Below the pieces are notes generated by a model. It saw only the letters and a program-made list of their open reading frames with translations, had not been told where the DNA came from and did no database searches. This document shows, in pieces, positions 40,135 to 50,307 of a DNA stretch of 64,000 nt (position 1 is its first letter; each line of letters opens with the position of its first letter). The position numbers were made by a program, and so were the translations under genes. Origin of the DNA: Candidatus Hermodarchaeota archaeon (GTDB lineage: Archaea > Asgardarchaeota > Lokiarchaeia > Sigyniarchaeales > SOKP01); contig JBHLLP010000002.1 in NCBI GenBank assembly GCA_048885525.1, positions 1 to 64,000 on the forward strand. Reading direction: 5' to 3'.

Positions 40135-41523
40135 ATGAGTCATATTCCAATAAAAAACCTTAACGAGTTAAAAAAGAACGGAAGAATTATAGGTAAAGCG
40201 AATTACGTATTTACACCAGAGATTTCAAGCTCGATAGGATCTATTCACGGTAGTTTATTCAAACAAAATGAATCTATTGTAATGGGGAGAGATTTCCATA
40301 ATGATAGCCGTATGTTAAAAAGAGCATACACCTCAGGTATGATGTCTACTGGAATTAATCTTTTAAATCTCTCAGATTGCACTTTTCCATTATTACAATT
40401 TACGATCAGACGCTTTGGGGCGAGTGGAGGAGTTTATTTCTCTGGAGGTCATTTATATAGCGAAGATGTAGGAATTAGGTTCTTAGATGCGGGAGGTATT
40501 GAGTTACCTCAATCAGAAATTCAGAGAATAATTGAGTCTTACAACAATTATCCGCAACAAGTAAGGAGAGTAGATCCAAACGAAATAGGACAAATAACAG
40601 CAATACCACAAACTGCAGATGTTTACATCAAATCTCTTCAACAGTTTGTCGATAAAAAAAAGATAAAGAAAGCGAATTTAAAGATTGTTGTGGATTGTTC
40701 CTATGGGCCTACAGGAAAAATAACACCACTTTTAATTAATGAGATTGGAGTCGAAGTTATAGCTTTAAACACTCATTATCGTGAGAGATCTTCAAGTCCA
40801 GTACCAAGTATTAATACTGTACGAAATACAGCAGATATTGTAAAAGCATCAAATAGTCATCTGGGAGTATGTTTTGATGTGGATGGTTCAAGAATATTGG
40901 TGATAGATGAGAATGGGCTTGAAATAAATTTCGAAGACTTATTAATGCTTTTTATTACATTTGATAAAAGAATACAAAGATCGAAAGCTAATACTATTAT
41001 TACCACCCCTTCTATATCTCCAGTTGTGAGAAATTTTATTGAAGATGGTGATTTTCCGATAAAGCTAGTAGAGAACTATCCAGGAGAGATTTCAAGGCAA
41101 ATAAGAGAGGAGCGTGCATGTTTTGCTGCTGCGGATACATTAAAGTTTTATTTCACAGAGTACGCTCCATTTAGTGATGGTAACTTTATTCTACTCAAAA
41201 TTCTCGAGATTATGACTACAGAAAATGATCTTCTTAGTTCACTTACGAGAGGATTTCCTAAAGGAACAAAAATTAATAAAACTATTCCAGTATCAGCAGA
41301 ACTGATTGATAATATACATAATCGATTAAGGGAAATGGCAGATGAACAAGGATATAAATATCATGATATAATAAATGAGTTAAAGATAATCAATGACGAT
41401 ACTTATACAACTATTAAAGTAGCATTATATAGAAATGCATTACTTCTATCTGCTGAGTCAGAAGATAAAGAGAAAGCACAAGAAATGATTGTTGAATTAG
41501 AAGAAATTATATCCAAACTTTAG
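40135..41523 (+). CDS. Phosphoglucomutase/phosphomannomutase-like protein with degenerate active site
   Basis: GRD...SRML, VVDCSYG and the overall fold motifs are present; SGGHLY replaces TASHNP and DVDGSR replaces DGDGDR. Confidence 0.75.
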   Translation: MSHIPIKNLNELKKNGRIIGKANYVFTPEISSSIGSIHGSLFKQNESIVMGRDFHNDSRMLKRAYTSGMMSTGINLLNLSDCTFPLLQFTIRRFGASGGVYFSGGHLYSEDVGIRFLDAGGIELPQSEIQRIIESYNNYPQQVRRVDPNEIGQITAIPQTADVYIKSLQQFVDKKKIKKANLKIVVDCSYGPTGKITPLLINEIGVEVIALNTHYRERSSSPVPSINTVRNTADIVKASNSHLGVCFDVDGSRILVIDENGLEINFEDLLMLFITFDKRIQRSKANTIITTPSISPVVRNFIEDGDFPIKLVENYPGEISRQIREERACFAAADTLKFYFTEYAPFSDGNFILLKILEIMTTENDLLSSLTRGFPKGTKINKTIPVSAELIDNIHNRLREMADEQGYKYHDIINELKIINDDTYTTIKVALYRNALLLSAESEDKEKAQEMIVELEEIISKL

Positions 41524-41626
41524 AATTATATTTTCTGTCTAATAAGGAATTAAAATTTAAAATAAATAGAACCAATTATATAATAATATAAAAATAACTT
41601 AAGATTCAAAAAAAGATGATCTAATC

Positions 41627-42283
41627 ATGGCATTTGACATTAGTTCAATAATAATTCTGATAACTTTAAGTATTATATTTGTAATTTTTTTAGTTTTTGA
41701 TTTATTTGGTAGGAACGAGAAATATGGATATTTAGCTTATATTGTTGCGGTAGTACCGGTTAATTATTTTTGGGCTATAGGAGGAGACCCTCTATTCGCT
41801 TATATCCTTCTTTTCCTTTTATGGATTGCTACAATACTACGAGATACAATAGGTGTATACCTCAAAAAAGATAAAGAAATAAATGAAATACTTATGTATC
41901 TTGCTCTTGGAATACTTATCCAATTGATTATTACTGCAATTATACCAGAAACAATTCCAGTATTACAAAACACTACAGTAAAATATTGGTTTTTCTGGTT
42001 ACCTAATGTACATTCAGCAATTTTTAGTGCTTCAATGGCATTAGGATTTAAAATTAGTGCTACGATTTTAATATTTCTAGTTATTATTCCATTAATCCTC
42101 GATATTAAAGATGAAGAAATACCTTTACCTATAGTTATAGTATTCGTTGCCATATTTGTTATCCCTTTTCTATATTTAAGTTATGTATGGATTCCAGAAG
42201 CAATGGGTGTGCTAACATTTCTATTTTCAGTCATTTTATTTGTAATTCTATTGCTTATAACAAGAGGTAAAGAATCAAAATAA
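41627..42283 (+). CDS. Hypothetical multi-pass membrane protein
   Basis: About 7 hydrophobic segments, ATG start. Confidence 0.75.
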   Translation: MAFDISSIIILITLSIIFVIFLVFDLFGRNEKYGYLAYIVAVVPVNYFWAIGGDPLFAYILLFLLWIATILRDTIGVYLKKDKEINEILMYLALGILIQLIITAIIPETIPVLQNTTVKYWFFWLPNVHSAIFSASMALGFKISATILIFLVIIPLILDIKDEEIPLPIVIVFVAIFVIPFLYLSYVWIPEAMGVLTFLFSVILFVILLLITRGKESK

Positions 42284-42299
42284 AATATCTTAATTCTTT

Positions 42300-43610
42300 T
42301 TATTTTTCTAAGTCGAGGATAAGATATTTTCTTGTGTAAAGGAACGCAATTATTAATATTAAAGAACAAATTGGACTCCAGATAATTAATCCCATTGAAT
42401 ATGAAAAGGAACCTACCGTAATTTGTGGTAACTCATTTAAAGCTCCTAATAAAAATACTCCAAGAGCTTGAAAAATGTTTAAAAAAATCGATGGAACGCC
42501 TGTATATGTTCCAGCTTTTAATTCTCCGGTGGTTCTTTCATCATATTCAGCTAGATCAGCAAAAATGACAGCAGGTAATAAATACCATCCCCCCAACGAT
42601 GCACCAATACCGAACATAAAGAGCAACCCTATTAATAAAAAATTATTTAAAGGTATTAATCCTAATAAGGTAATCGGAAGAATTAAAGCAGCCAAAATGT
42701 AAATAAATAGCATTGTTTGTTTCTTTCCGTATTTCTTTATTACTCTTCTCCAGATTTCAAGGAATATGATAATACAAAAGAAATTAAAGCTAAAAATTAA
42801 TAAATACTCACTTAGTTCTAAATTTAAAACCGATTCAAAAAAAGGGAGCATCTGAGTGGTTATTATAACCCATGCAATACTCGAAAGTCCAATCGTTATA
42901 GCAACGGCCATAAAATTCTTATTTTTTACACATATTATCAAAATTTCTTTAAGAGTTGATTTTATCTTAGTTCTAGGCTCTATTGGCATTAAGAAGGCAT
43001 TTAAACAAAAAAGAATAATAGTTAAAATACCAAAAAGGCATATGGGAATAATAAAAGAGAAAGGAAGAACATTCGGATTAGTAGAAATTTGATCAAAAAC
43101 TTGGGTTAAAACTAAGTAAGTATAACTCCAATAAAATAAAGTTCCTAACAAATTAAATGTATTCTGTATTTGAGAGACTTTTGGACGTTCATTTATATCA
43201 AACTGTTCAGCCATCCATGCTTGATATGGTACAATTATACCATAACTTGCCTTAAACAGAATTTCCCAGATTAACAACCATATGAAAATAATGACTTTAT
43301 TATCCATATCAGGTAATAATAACGAAGGTAACATCAGGAATATGAAAGAAAACCCAATAACAGGAGCAAAAATAATAATATATGGTTTTCTCCGACCCCA
43401 CTTTGTATATTTTCTATCACTAATCCATCCAAATAAAAATGAAAAAAATGCAATGCTAATATAGCCTATAGATAAGGCAAGCCCTACAAGAAAAGGAGTC
43501 ACTTGATATCCTATAGTATATAAGGCAAATACACTAAATCCCTCAATTCCAAGTACCATTGACAGCCCTATCCTGGGCATACCAAAAATAATAGCTTTTT
43601 TTATACCCAT
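42300..43610 (-). CDS. MFS transporter, GPH/MelB-like
   Basis: GWISDRKYTKWGRRKPY, VPYQAW, ADLAEYDERTTGELKAGTY. Confidence 0.9.
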   Translation of the reverse strand: MGIKKAIIFGMPRIGLSMVLGIEGFSVFALYTIGYQVTPFLVGLALSIGYISIAFFSFLFGWISDRKYTKWGRRKPYIIIFAPVIGFSFIFLMLPSLLLPDMDNKVIIFIWLLIWEILFKASYGIIVPYQAWMAEQFDINERPKVSQIQNTFNLLGTLFYWSYTYLVLTQVFDQISTNPNVLPFSFIIPICLFGILTIILFCLNAFLMPIEPRTKIKSTLKEILIICVKNKNFMAVAITIGLSSIAWVIITTQMLPFFESVLNLELSEYLLIFSFNFFCIIIFLEIWRRVIKKYGKKQTMLFIYILAALILPITLLGLIPLNNFLLIGLLFMFGIGASLGGWYLLPAVIFADLAEYDERTTGELKAGTYTGVPSIFLNIFQALGVFLLGALNELPQITVGSFSYSMGLIIWSPICSLILIIAFLYTRKYLILDLEK

Positions 43611-43903
43611 AGGTAATACATCGATTTAAATGATTTATTTCGCTTGAAATTTTTAATGTTTTATCTATATAAAATGTTAATCCTTGTGTTCTTTTTTTCC
43701 AATTTTAACACTATATAAATAATTTTATACCCTTAAAATCTAAAGGACTTAAAAAAAGATTAATTTAAAAGATTAGTTTATATAACCTAGTGTAACTCAC
43801 AATTTAAATAATCAATTATTTATTTATTTCATAGATCTTATTTTATGATATAAAAACAAATTTATTATTAATTCATATTAAAATTTGGATTAAATATTAA
43901 ATA

Positions 43904-44902
43904 ATGGCAAAGAAAAAAAGCAATACAGATGAAGATAGTACGGATAAAGTTCTAAATTCAAAATCTTCTTACAGTTTAAAAGATTTGCCGGGAGTGGGAG
44001 ATGCAACTGTTAAAAAACTGATGGAAGCAGGAATTATATCTATAAGAACTCTCGCAATGTACCCATTGAGAAAATTAATGGATGAAGCAGGCATTGGTGA
44101 AAAAACAGCTGAAAAAATAATAAAAGTAGCACAAGATATAGAAAAAATGGGATTCAAGTCAGCTGATAAAATATGGGAGAAAAGAAAGGCTTTAAATAAA
44201 TTAACTACTGGTAGTCAAAATTTAGATGATTTATTAATCGGAGGGATTGAACCAGGCGCGGTTACAGAATTGTTTGGAGAATATCGAACTGGAAAAACGC
44301 AATTAACACATCAGTTATGTGTTAATGTACAATTATCTTATGAGGAAGGAGGTCTTGAAGGAGGAGCTTTATATATTGATACTGAAGGTACGTTTAGACC
44401 GGAAAGATTAATCCAGATGGCAATTGCAAAAGATTTGGATCATAATTTAATTTTAAAAAATATAACAGTCGGAAGAGCCTATAATAGTGATCATCAAATT
44501 TTACTAGCTAGAGAAGCTCCAAAAATCATAAATGAAAAAAATATCAAATTAATTATAGTAGATTCACTAATAGGACATTTTCGTAGTGAGTACGTAGGAA
44601 GAGGTACATTAGCAGAGCGTCAACAAATCATTAACACTCATATACACGATTTATTACGATTAACTGAAACATATGATGAATTAGCAGTAGTATTTACAAA
44701 TCAGGTATCTGCAAAACCAGACGTATTTTATGGTAATCCTTTAACACATACGGGGGGACATGTTGTTGCACACGGCGCTACAATTAGAATATACTTACGC
44801 AAGGGAAAAGGGGAACAAAGAATAGCCAAGGTTGTAGATGCACCACATATTCCTGAGAATGATGCGATATTTTCTATTACTGAAGATGGAATTACAGATT
44901 AA
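43904..44902 (+). CDS. radA: DNA repair and recombination protein RadA
   Basis: N-terminal HhH LPGVG, FKSA polymerisation motif, GEYRTGKT, YIDTEGTFRPER, IVDS, GRGTLAERQQ, GGHVVAH. Confidence 0.93.
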   Translation: MAKKKSNTDEDSTDKVLNSKSSYSLKDLPGVGDATVKKLMEAGIISIRTLAMYPLRKLMDEAGIGEKTAEKIIKVAQDIEKMGFKSADKIWEKRKALNKLTTGSQNLDDLLIGGIEPGAVTELFGEYRTGKTQLTHQLCVNVQLSYEEGGLEGGALYIDTEGTFRPERLIQMAIAKDLDHNLILKNITVGRAYNSDHQILLAREAPKIINEKNIKLIIVDSLIGHFRSEYVGRGTLAERQQIINTHIHDLLRLTETYDELAVVFTNQVSAKPDVFYGNPLTHTGGHVVAHGATIRIYLRKGKGEQRIAKVVDAPHIPENDAIFSITEDGITD

Positions 44903-44943
44903 TTTGTGTAAAGCTTTATTAATTTTATAATTTAAAGAAAAAA

Positions 44944-45381
44944 TTAATAATCAAGATTGACATTAATTTCAATTCCTTTTCTTAAGGATTCTGATATTAT
45001 GCAATATTGTTCAAAAAATCTTTGACATTGATCTGCTCTTTTACGCATTTCAGGGTTTTTTATTATTGGTTCGATATTAACATCGATCTTTTTTATTCTC
45101 CAAAAATCTTTATCATTACGAGCAATTATAACTTCAGCGCTTCCATTAAGATCTGATAAAATGAAACCTGTTTTTTGCAAACAAAATTCAAAACTTAAAC
45201 TTAAACAACTTAGAATAGATAAAGCTAATAATTTTGCAGGAGAGGGTCCTATTTTCTCTTTGATATTTTTACGACTTTCGTCAATATATAAACTTTGCAT
45301 TTTAATTCCTCCAAGATCACATCTATATATCATCTCTTCTTCCTTTTTTAAGCTTACTTTAGGTCTTAATTCGTGAGACAT
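44944..45381 (-). CDS. OsmC/Ohr family protein
   Basis: GPSPAKLLALSILSCLSLSFEFCL...FEQYCIISESL. Confidence 0.85.
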   Translation of the reverse strand: MSHELRPKVSLKKEEEMIYRCDLGGIKMQSLYIDESRKNIKEKIGPSPAKLLALSILSCLSLSFEFCLQKTGFILSDLNGSAEVIIARNDKDFWRIKKIDVNIEPIIKNPEMRKRADQCQRFFEQYCIISESLRKGIEINVNLDY

Positions 45382-45421
45382 ATGAAATCACTGTTCTTTT
45401 TTATTTTTCAATTTAAAAAAA

Positions 45422-45898
45422 TTATAAATTAAGATTAACATTAACCTCGATTCCTGCTCTGACACTTTGTGTTACTATACAATATTGCTCAAAGAAGTTA
45501 ACTCCGTTGCTTGTTTCTTTAAGGCATTGCTTTGCTCTTTTAAGTGCCTCAGGGTCGGTAATTGTAGGATCTACTTCAACGTTGATATTTTTTATTCTCC
45601 AAAATCCTTTTTCATTTCTCATAATAGTCACTTCCGCTTCTGCCTTAAAATCATCTACATGTAAATTTCTTTTCTTCAAACAAAAGATAAAACTGGCGCT
45701 TAGGCAGCCAGTGACTCCCAAAGCTAAAAGCCTTGAAGGATTTGGTCCAAGCATATCCACTTCTTCATGATGTTCTTCATCAATATAACAATCTTTAACC
45801 TTCATATTGCCTAAATCGCATTTAAAAATCATTTGCGATTCAGATTCACCTAGTTTAATACCAACTTTAGTTTTTATTTCATTCGAAATAAGAATCAC
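45422..45898 (-). CDS. OsmC/Ohr family protein (start may be ATT at 45889)
   Basis: GPNPSRLLALGVTGCLSASFIFCL...FEQYCIVTQSV. Confidence 0.85.
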   Translation of the reverse strand: MILISNEIKTKVGIKLGESESQMIFKCDLGNMKVKDCYIDEEHHEEVDMLGPNPSRLLALGVTGCLSASFIFCLKKRNLHVDDFKAEAEVTIMRNEKGFWRIKNINVEVDPTITDPEALKRAKQCLKETSNGVNFFEQYCIVTQSVRAGIEVNVNLNL

Positions 45899-45910
45899 CC
45901 TATTAGTATA

Positions 45911-46426
45911 TCATTTAGAGCTTAAATTTTTAAAAAGAGAGAATAAATTTTCTTTTTTTGACTTGTCATCTCTAATTTCTTGGAATAATTGTTCAATTTC
46001 AGCTAATTTTATTTTGTAATACTTCAAATCCTCCTTGATTTCTGATTGAATTATTGATAATTGAAAAGAATCATTCATTTTACATGCAGTCTTAACAAAT
46101 TTTAAACATTGATTAATTCTTTCATAAACTATAGCATCATCAAATAATTTATCGACTATGATATTAATTTGATTAACTAGCCAATCTCCGCTTTCTTTTT
46201 TCATAATATGCAATTGAACTTTAGGAAAATCTAATTCTTGTCTATTAATTCTCAAGCAATTAACTAAACTTGCGTTTAGGCAATTTATTATTGTCTTACT
46301 GTTAATTATTGGATCATGTGTAGTTAACAAGTTAATATCTTCTTCATTTAGTTCTTCAAGAATACAACTATATAAGTTAGTATCATTTAAATCACAATTA
46401 AATACTTTTATCTCATTCTGATTCAA
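45911..46426 (-). CDS. Divergent OsmC-like paralog with C-terminal helical extension
   Basis: FNCDL, INCLNASLVNCL, DWLVNQINI and QCLKFVKTAC align with the two neighbouring OsmC proteins. Confidence 0.55.
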   Translation of the reverse strand: MNQNEIKVFNCDLNDTNLYSCILEELNEEDINLLTTHDPIINSKTIINCLNASLVNCLRINRQELDFPKVQLHIMKKESGDWLVNQINIIVDKLFDDAIVYERINQCLKFVKTACKMNDSFQLSIIQSEIKEDLKYYKIKLAEIEQLFQEIRDDKSKKENLFSLFKNLSSK

Positions 46427-46507
46427 AGCTATCCACTTAAGAGATGATTTTTTTATTTTCTTTAGATTAAATAATTAAAAGTTTTACAAAAACTTTTTAA
46501 TTTTGAT

Positions 46508-47116
46508 TTAAAAGCTAGATTTCGTATTATTTTTTTCAATTTTTTTTAAAACAAAATGACGATGTAAATGAAAATAAAAACCAAGAAAATATAATAAAAT
46601 TAAAAAAATATATTGTGGAGCAAAAATAGTAATAAATATTATCATTAAAACAAAACTTATAACTTCTATTCCAATACATATTTTATTACCGTAATATTTC
46701 TCATCAAAAAAGGAAGCTGGTACTTTATAATTAGCTAAGTATTTTGATAAATTTTCGGTTTCTTCTTTTGAAATTAATAACTTTAATCCAACTAGCTTAT
46801 TTTGAAAATAAAAGAAGTTTGTGCCCCAATCAGTAGTATCAATAATGATATGCAATGCATAACTATAACCAATAAAAATTAAAACTGACCATCTCAAAAT
46901 ATACCCAATAATAATAATTAGTATACTTGGAATTATAGAGTGAGTTATCAATAATCTATGATTATTGTCTTTTGCAAATTTGGATAAAAAGACATCAAAA
47001 TCACAAATAAAGGAAAAAAGAACAATAGCTATAAATTCTAATATTGTAAAATTAAAGAAATAATCTAAAACTGATGTAATGATGACTCCAATTGCCATAT
47101 GAACATTAATATGCAT
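46508..47116 (-). CDS. Membrane-bound metal-dependent hydrolase (YdjM-like)
   Basis: H..H N-terminus, CDFD, HRLLITHS, LHIIID. Confidence 0.75.
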   Translation of the reverse strand: MHINVHMAIGVIITSVLDYFFNFTILEFIAIVLFSFICDFDVFLSKFAKDNNHRLLITHSIIPSILIIIIGYILRWSVLIFIGYSYALHIIIDTTDWGTNFFYFQNKLVGLKLLISKEETENLSKYLANYKVPASFFDEKYYGNKICIGIEVISFVLMIIFITIFAPQYIFLILLYFLGFYFHLHRHFVLKKIEKNNTKSSF

Positions 47117-47134
47117 GATAAATATAGAATATAG

Positions 47135-48118
47135 TTAATTGACATATTTCTTTTTCATTACTCTTTTTAAGACTCTACTTTTTGTCTCAAAACCCGCAGG
47201 ACCTTTTTTTTCTATCAAGAAAGAAGCTGCAGAGGATGCTAAAAGAGCAGCTTTTTCAATTGATTCCCAAGATTTATCAGAATGAATAAATTCATATAAA
47301 AATATTGAAAAATATACATCACCAGCACCAGTTTCATCCATAATTTTCTTGGGTTTGAAAGCGGGTATTTTCAATATTTTTTCTCCTTTTTTTGTGAGCA
47401 TGGACCCCTTTTCTCCCAATGTCATAATATAAATTCCATAGTTATCATAATTATTGCAGTGAGTCATTACTTTTTCAAACTCATCATATTCACCAGCAAG
47501 AAGTTTCATTTCTTCCTCTGATCCTTTTAATATCAACCTATCTCCAATTAACTCAATTATATTCTTTATATTAGAGATTATTTCATTATCATAAATGTAT
47601 GTAACTTTACCAGTCTCATCTATTTTTCTAATAAAACCTTGCAAATCTATACCGATAAATGCTCTAGGGAATTTTTTTAAGATTTGTATTATATATTCAT
47701 AAGATATTTCATTACATAACGGAACAAATACAAAAATATCAGGTGGATCATTAAGATATTCTAAAGGTATATCTTTAAAATTAAGATTAGGGCTTTTAGA
47801 TTTGAGAGTCAAAGTCCTAGCATGATCGAAGTAATCTAAAACGAAATTTGTGTTCTTTACTTGAGAATATTTAATTCCTCTTAAATCAATATCTTTATTT
47901 TTAATTTTTTCTAATAAAGAATCATCAAAGTTCAACGTACCAATATGAGAAATTATACCAATATTTACATCTTTGGTATAAGTTCTTAATGATAAAGAAC
48001 AATATGTTACACTTCCTCCCAAACTTGGTTTATTCTTTAATAGAAATCGGATAATATTATCAATCGAAAAATGGCCAGTAAAGAAAATTGTTTTATGGTT
48101 ATGGTTTTGATAAGTCAT
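47135..48118 (-). CDS. PfkB-family carbohydrate kinase
   Basis: LGGSVTY, IDLQG, TLGEKGS, DETGAGDVY. Confidence 0.9.
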   Translation of the reverse strand: MTYQNHNHKTIFFTGHFSIDNIIRFLLKNKPSLGGSVTYCSLSLRTYTKDVNIGIISHIGTLNFDDSLLEKIKNKDIDLRGIKYSQVKNTNFVLDYFDHARTLTLKSKSPNLNFKDIPLEYLNDPPDIFVFVPLCNEISYEYIIQILKKFPRAFIGIDLQGFIRKIDETGKVTYIYDNEIISNIKNIIELIGDRLILKGSEEEMKLLAGEYDEFEKVMTHCNNYDNYGIYIMTLGEKGSMLTKKGEKILKIPAFKPKKIMDETGAGDVYFSIFLYEFIHSDKSWESIEKAALLASSAASFLIEKKGPAGFETKSRVLKRVMKKKYVN

Positions 48119-49246
48119 TTAAGTCGATCTTAATTCTTCAATAATTTTATTTTTTTCTTCTATTGCTATTTTTAATTTATTTATTCTACTTTGTAAATCT
48201 TCTACTAAATCTGACATCGGACCCTCATGAACTATAGATTCGGGTTTCTCAATTGCTTTTAGTTCTGCTATCAAGTGATCCTTTTCATTCAATTGTTCTT
48301 GCAATTTAGCAATTTGTTTTCCAAGGTTGCTAATTTGTGGAGTAGATACAGATTCTTGTGATTTCTCCTGCAATGATCTTTGTATTTTTGCTAGTTCAGT
48401 TTTTAAGTCTTCATTCTCTTTCTTAAGTTCTTTTATTTCATTAGGCTCTAATTTGAATCCCCTGCTTTCAACTGTTACTTGAAGTTCAGCTTTTTCTTTA
48501 TTTAATACATCCACAATTCGCTTATATCTATTTAAATCTGATTGAAGATCTTGACATAATAGTTCTAATGTTTGTGATGAGGATTGTGTTGATTTTGGTC
48601 TTATAACAGGAGACTCAGGCGGTTCTACGGGAATAACATAATCAATTGGTAATTTTTTCATTTTTTCTATTAATTGTTCACTCAACGCTTCATTTTCTTC
48701 AGTTAGATCGTTAATTTTTTTTTCTAGTTCATCAATCTGTACCTTCTTTTTAGATAAATCAGATTTCAAACCATCAATCAAAGCGGTGGTTACTTCAGAA
48801 TTTCTTTCAGTGAAGGAACTGCTTATTGATTCAGATGTTCTTGAAGCCACTTCTAATTTCGTTTTTAATTCAGTAATTTCAAGATTTCTTGCCCTTAATT
48901 CTACTTCTTTTTCAGATAGATCTTTTTCTAAGCGGATTATTTGATTATTAAGTTCTGCATTTTGTTGTTGAATTTCATCTACAATTCTTCCACTAATCAT
49001 CCCTGCTTGGTTTAACTGTTCTTTTAATCTCTTATTCTCTTCAATAGTATTCTTAACAATTTTTTCCGTCTTGCTTATTAATTCTACATTTTCTTGTATT
49101 TTATTTCTTAATTGTTCATTCTCTTCTTCGATTTCTTTTATTCTATCTATCGTATCTCCAAGGACATTGGGTTTTTTGATTTCATTTTCCATCTTTTTTC
49201 TCCATAAACTTATGAAATCCTCAACTTTCTCATTATCTTCTGGCAT
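48119..49246 (-). CDS. Long coiled-coil protein with internal repeats
   Basis: Heptad-rich, E/K/L-rich sequence with repeated L..DL.S.L..K segments. Confidence 0.75.
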   Translation of the reverse strand: MPEDNEKVEDFISLWRKKMENEIKKPNVLGDTIDRIKEIEEENEQLRNKIQENVELISKTEKIVKNTIEENKRLKEQLNQAGMISGRIVDEIQQQNAELNNQIIRLEKDLSEKEVELRARNLEITELKTKLEVASRTSESISSSFTERNSEVTTALIDGLKSDLSKKKVQIDELEKKINDLTEENEALSEQLIEKMKKLPIDYVIPVEPPESPVIRPKSTQSSSQTLELLCQDLQSDLNRYKRIVDVLNKEKAELQVTVESRGFKLEPNEIKELKKENEDLKTELAKIQRSLQEKSQESVSTPQISNLGKQIAKLQEQLNEKDHLIAELKAIEKPESIVHEGPMSDLVEDLQSRINKLKIAIEEKNKIIEELRST

Positions 49247-49303
49247 TTTAATTCTAGACTTTTTTTTACCCTAATTTTTGTATTTTAAATTAATTTATTA
49301 ATT

Positions 49304-50188
49304 TTATTTCATTAGCACTCCTGAAAAATATCCTACACAATATCCACTAATACTTCCAGTTTTTTCAGAACTTGTATAATATTGTAGTAGTTTACCTTTA
49401 CTTGCATCTAAATTTTTACAAATCATAATTAAGGATGTAATTGTCTGAGCTCCGCATACAGTTGTTTTTGAAGCAGCTTCAAATGTTTTCTCAGGGTTAA
49501 GATCAATAAACGCATCAATTACTTTTCGATCCCCTTCCTTAAATTTCTCCAATTGCTTAGAATCATAAACTTCTTTATGAGTCATATCAGAAGAAGCAAT
49601 TATAACCACATCTTTGTTATAGGAATTAATAACTTCTGCGATATCGGTTGATAATCTACTCATAACACCAATATCCTTAGTTGCAACTTTTATTGGTATA
49701 AAGCTAATGTTTTTTTCTTGAGCACAGTATTTAATAAATGGTAATTGTACTTCGATATTATGTTCTCTTCCAAAAGGGAATCCAATAAATGCAGATTCAT
49801 CCCTTATAATTATTTCACTATTATCTAAAATCTTATTAGATAGTTCATTATTAATGGCAATATTCCCCAATGGAGTTTCCCATTCTCCCTCATCCATTAA
49901 TGCAACTTTTCCATAACCAATATGATCAGTTCCTAAGACAATAACTGTATCAGGGATTTTTTCTTTGAATAAATTCAAAAAAGTAAATGCTGCGGTACAA
50001 CCAGAGTAAACATATCCTGCATGAGGTGAAACCCCACCTATAATAGTTCTCTTATCTTTATTTAAAGACTTAAAATCTTCGCCTGGACCAAATTCTTTAT
50101 CTAAAAAGGATTTTCTTATTAAATTTATTAAATCTGGTTTATAACGTGGATAAAAACTTCCAGCCACAGCTGCCCGTCGAGTAACCAT
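49304..50188 (-). CDS. MEMO1-family protein (AmmeMemoRadiSam protein B)
   Basis: RRAAVAGSFYP, PHAGYVYSG, WETPLG, EHNIEVQLPF, ASSDMTH, CG, VGY. Confidence 0.92.
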   Translation of the reverse strand: MVTRRAAVAGSFYPRYKPDLINLIRKSFLDKEFGPGEDFKSLNKDKRTIIGGVSPHAGYVYSGCTAAFTFLNLFKEKIPDTVIVLGTDHIGYGKVALMDEGEWETPLGNIAINNELSNKILDNSEIIIRDESAFIGFPFGREHNIEVQLPFIKYCAQEKNISFIPIKVATKDIGVMSRLSTDIAEVINSYNKDVVIIASSDMTHKEVYDSKQLEKFKEGDRKVIDAFIDLNPEKTFEAASKTTVCGAQTITSLIMICKNLDASKGKLLQYYTSSEKTGSISGYCVGYFSGVLMK

Positions 50189-50307
50189 ATTTTATCATAT
50201 CTATTTTTTAGTTATACTATTAAGATCATTAATGTTGAAATTTATATAATTTCATCTAATTGGAGTAAAATTGAAAGAATTATTAAGTTATTTTAAATAT
50301 CTCTTTA

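Noticed and set aside
8043-50188. AmmeMemoRadiSam three-gene system (radical SAM plus MEMO1)
   Set aside because: The two genes are about 40 kb apart and no AMMECR1 gene was seen.
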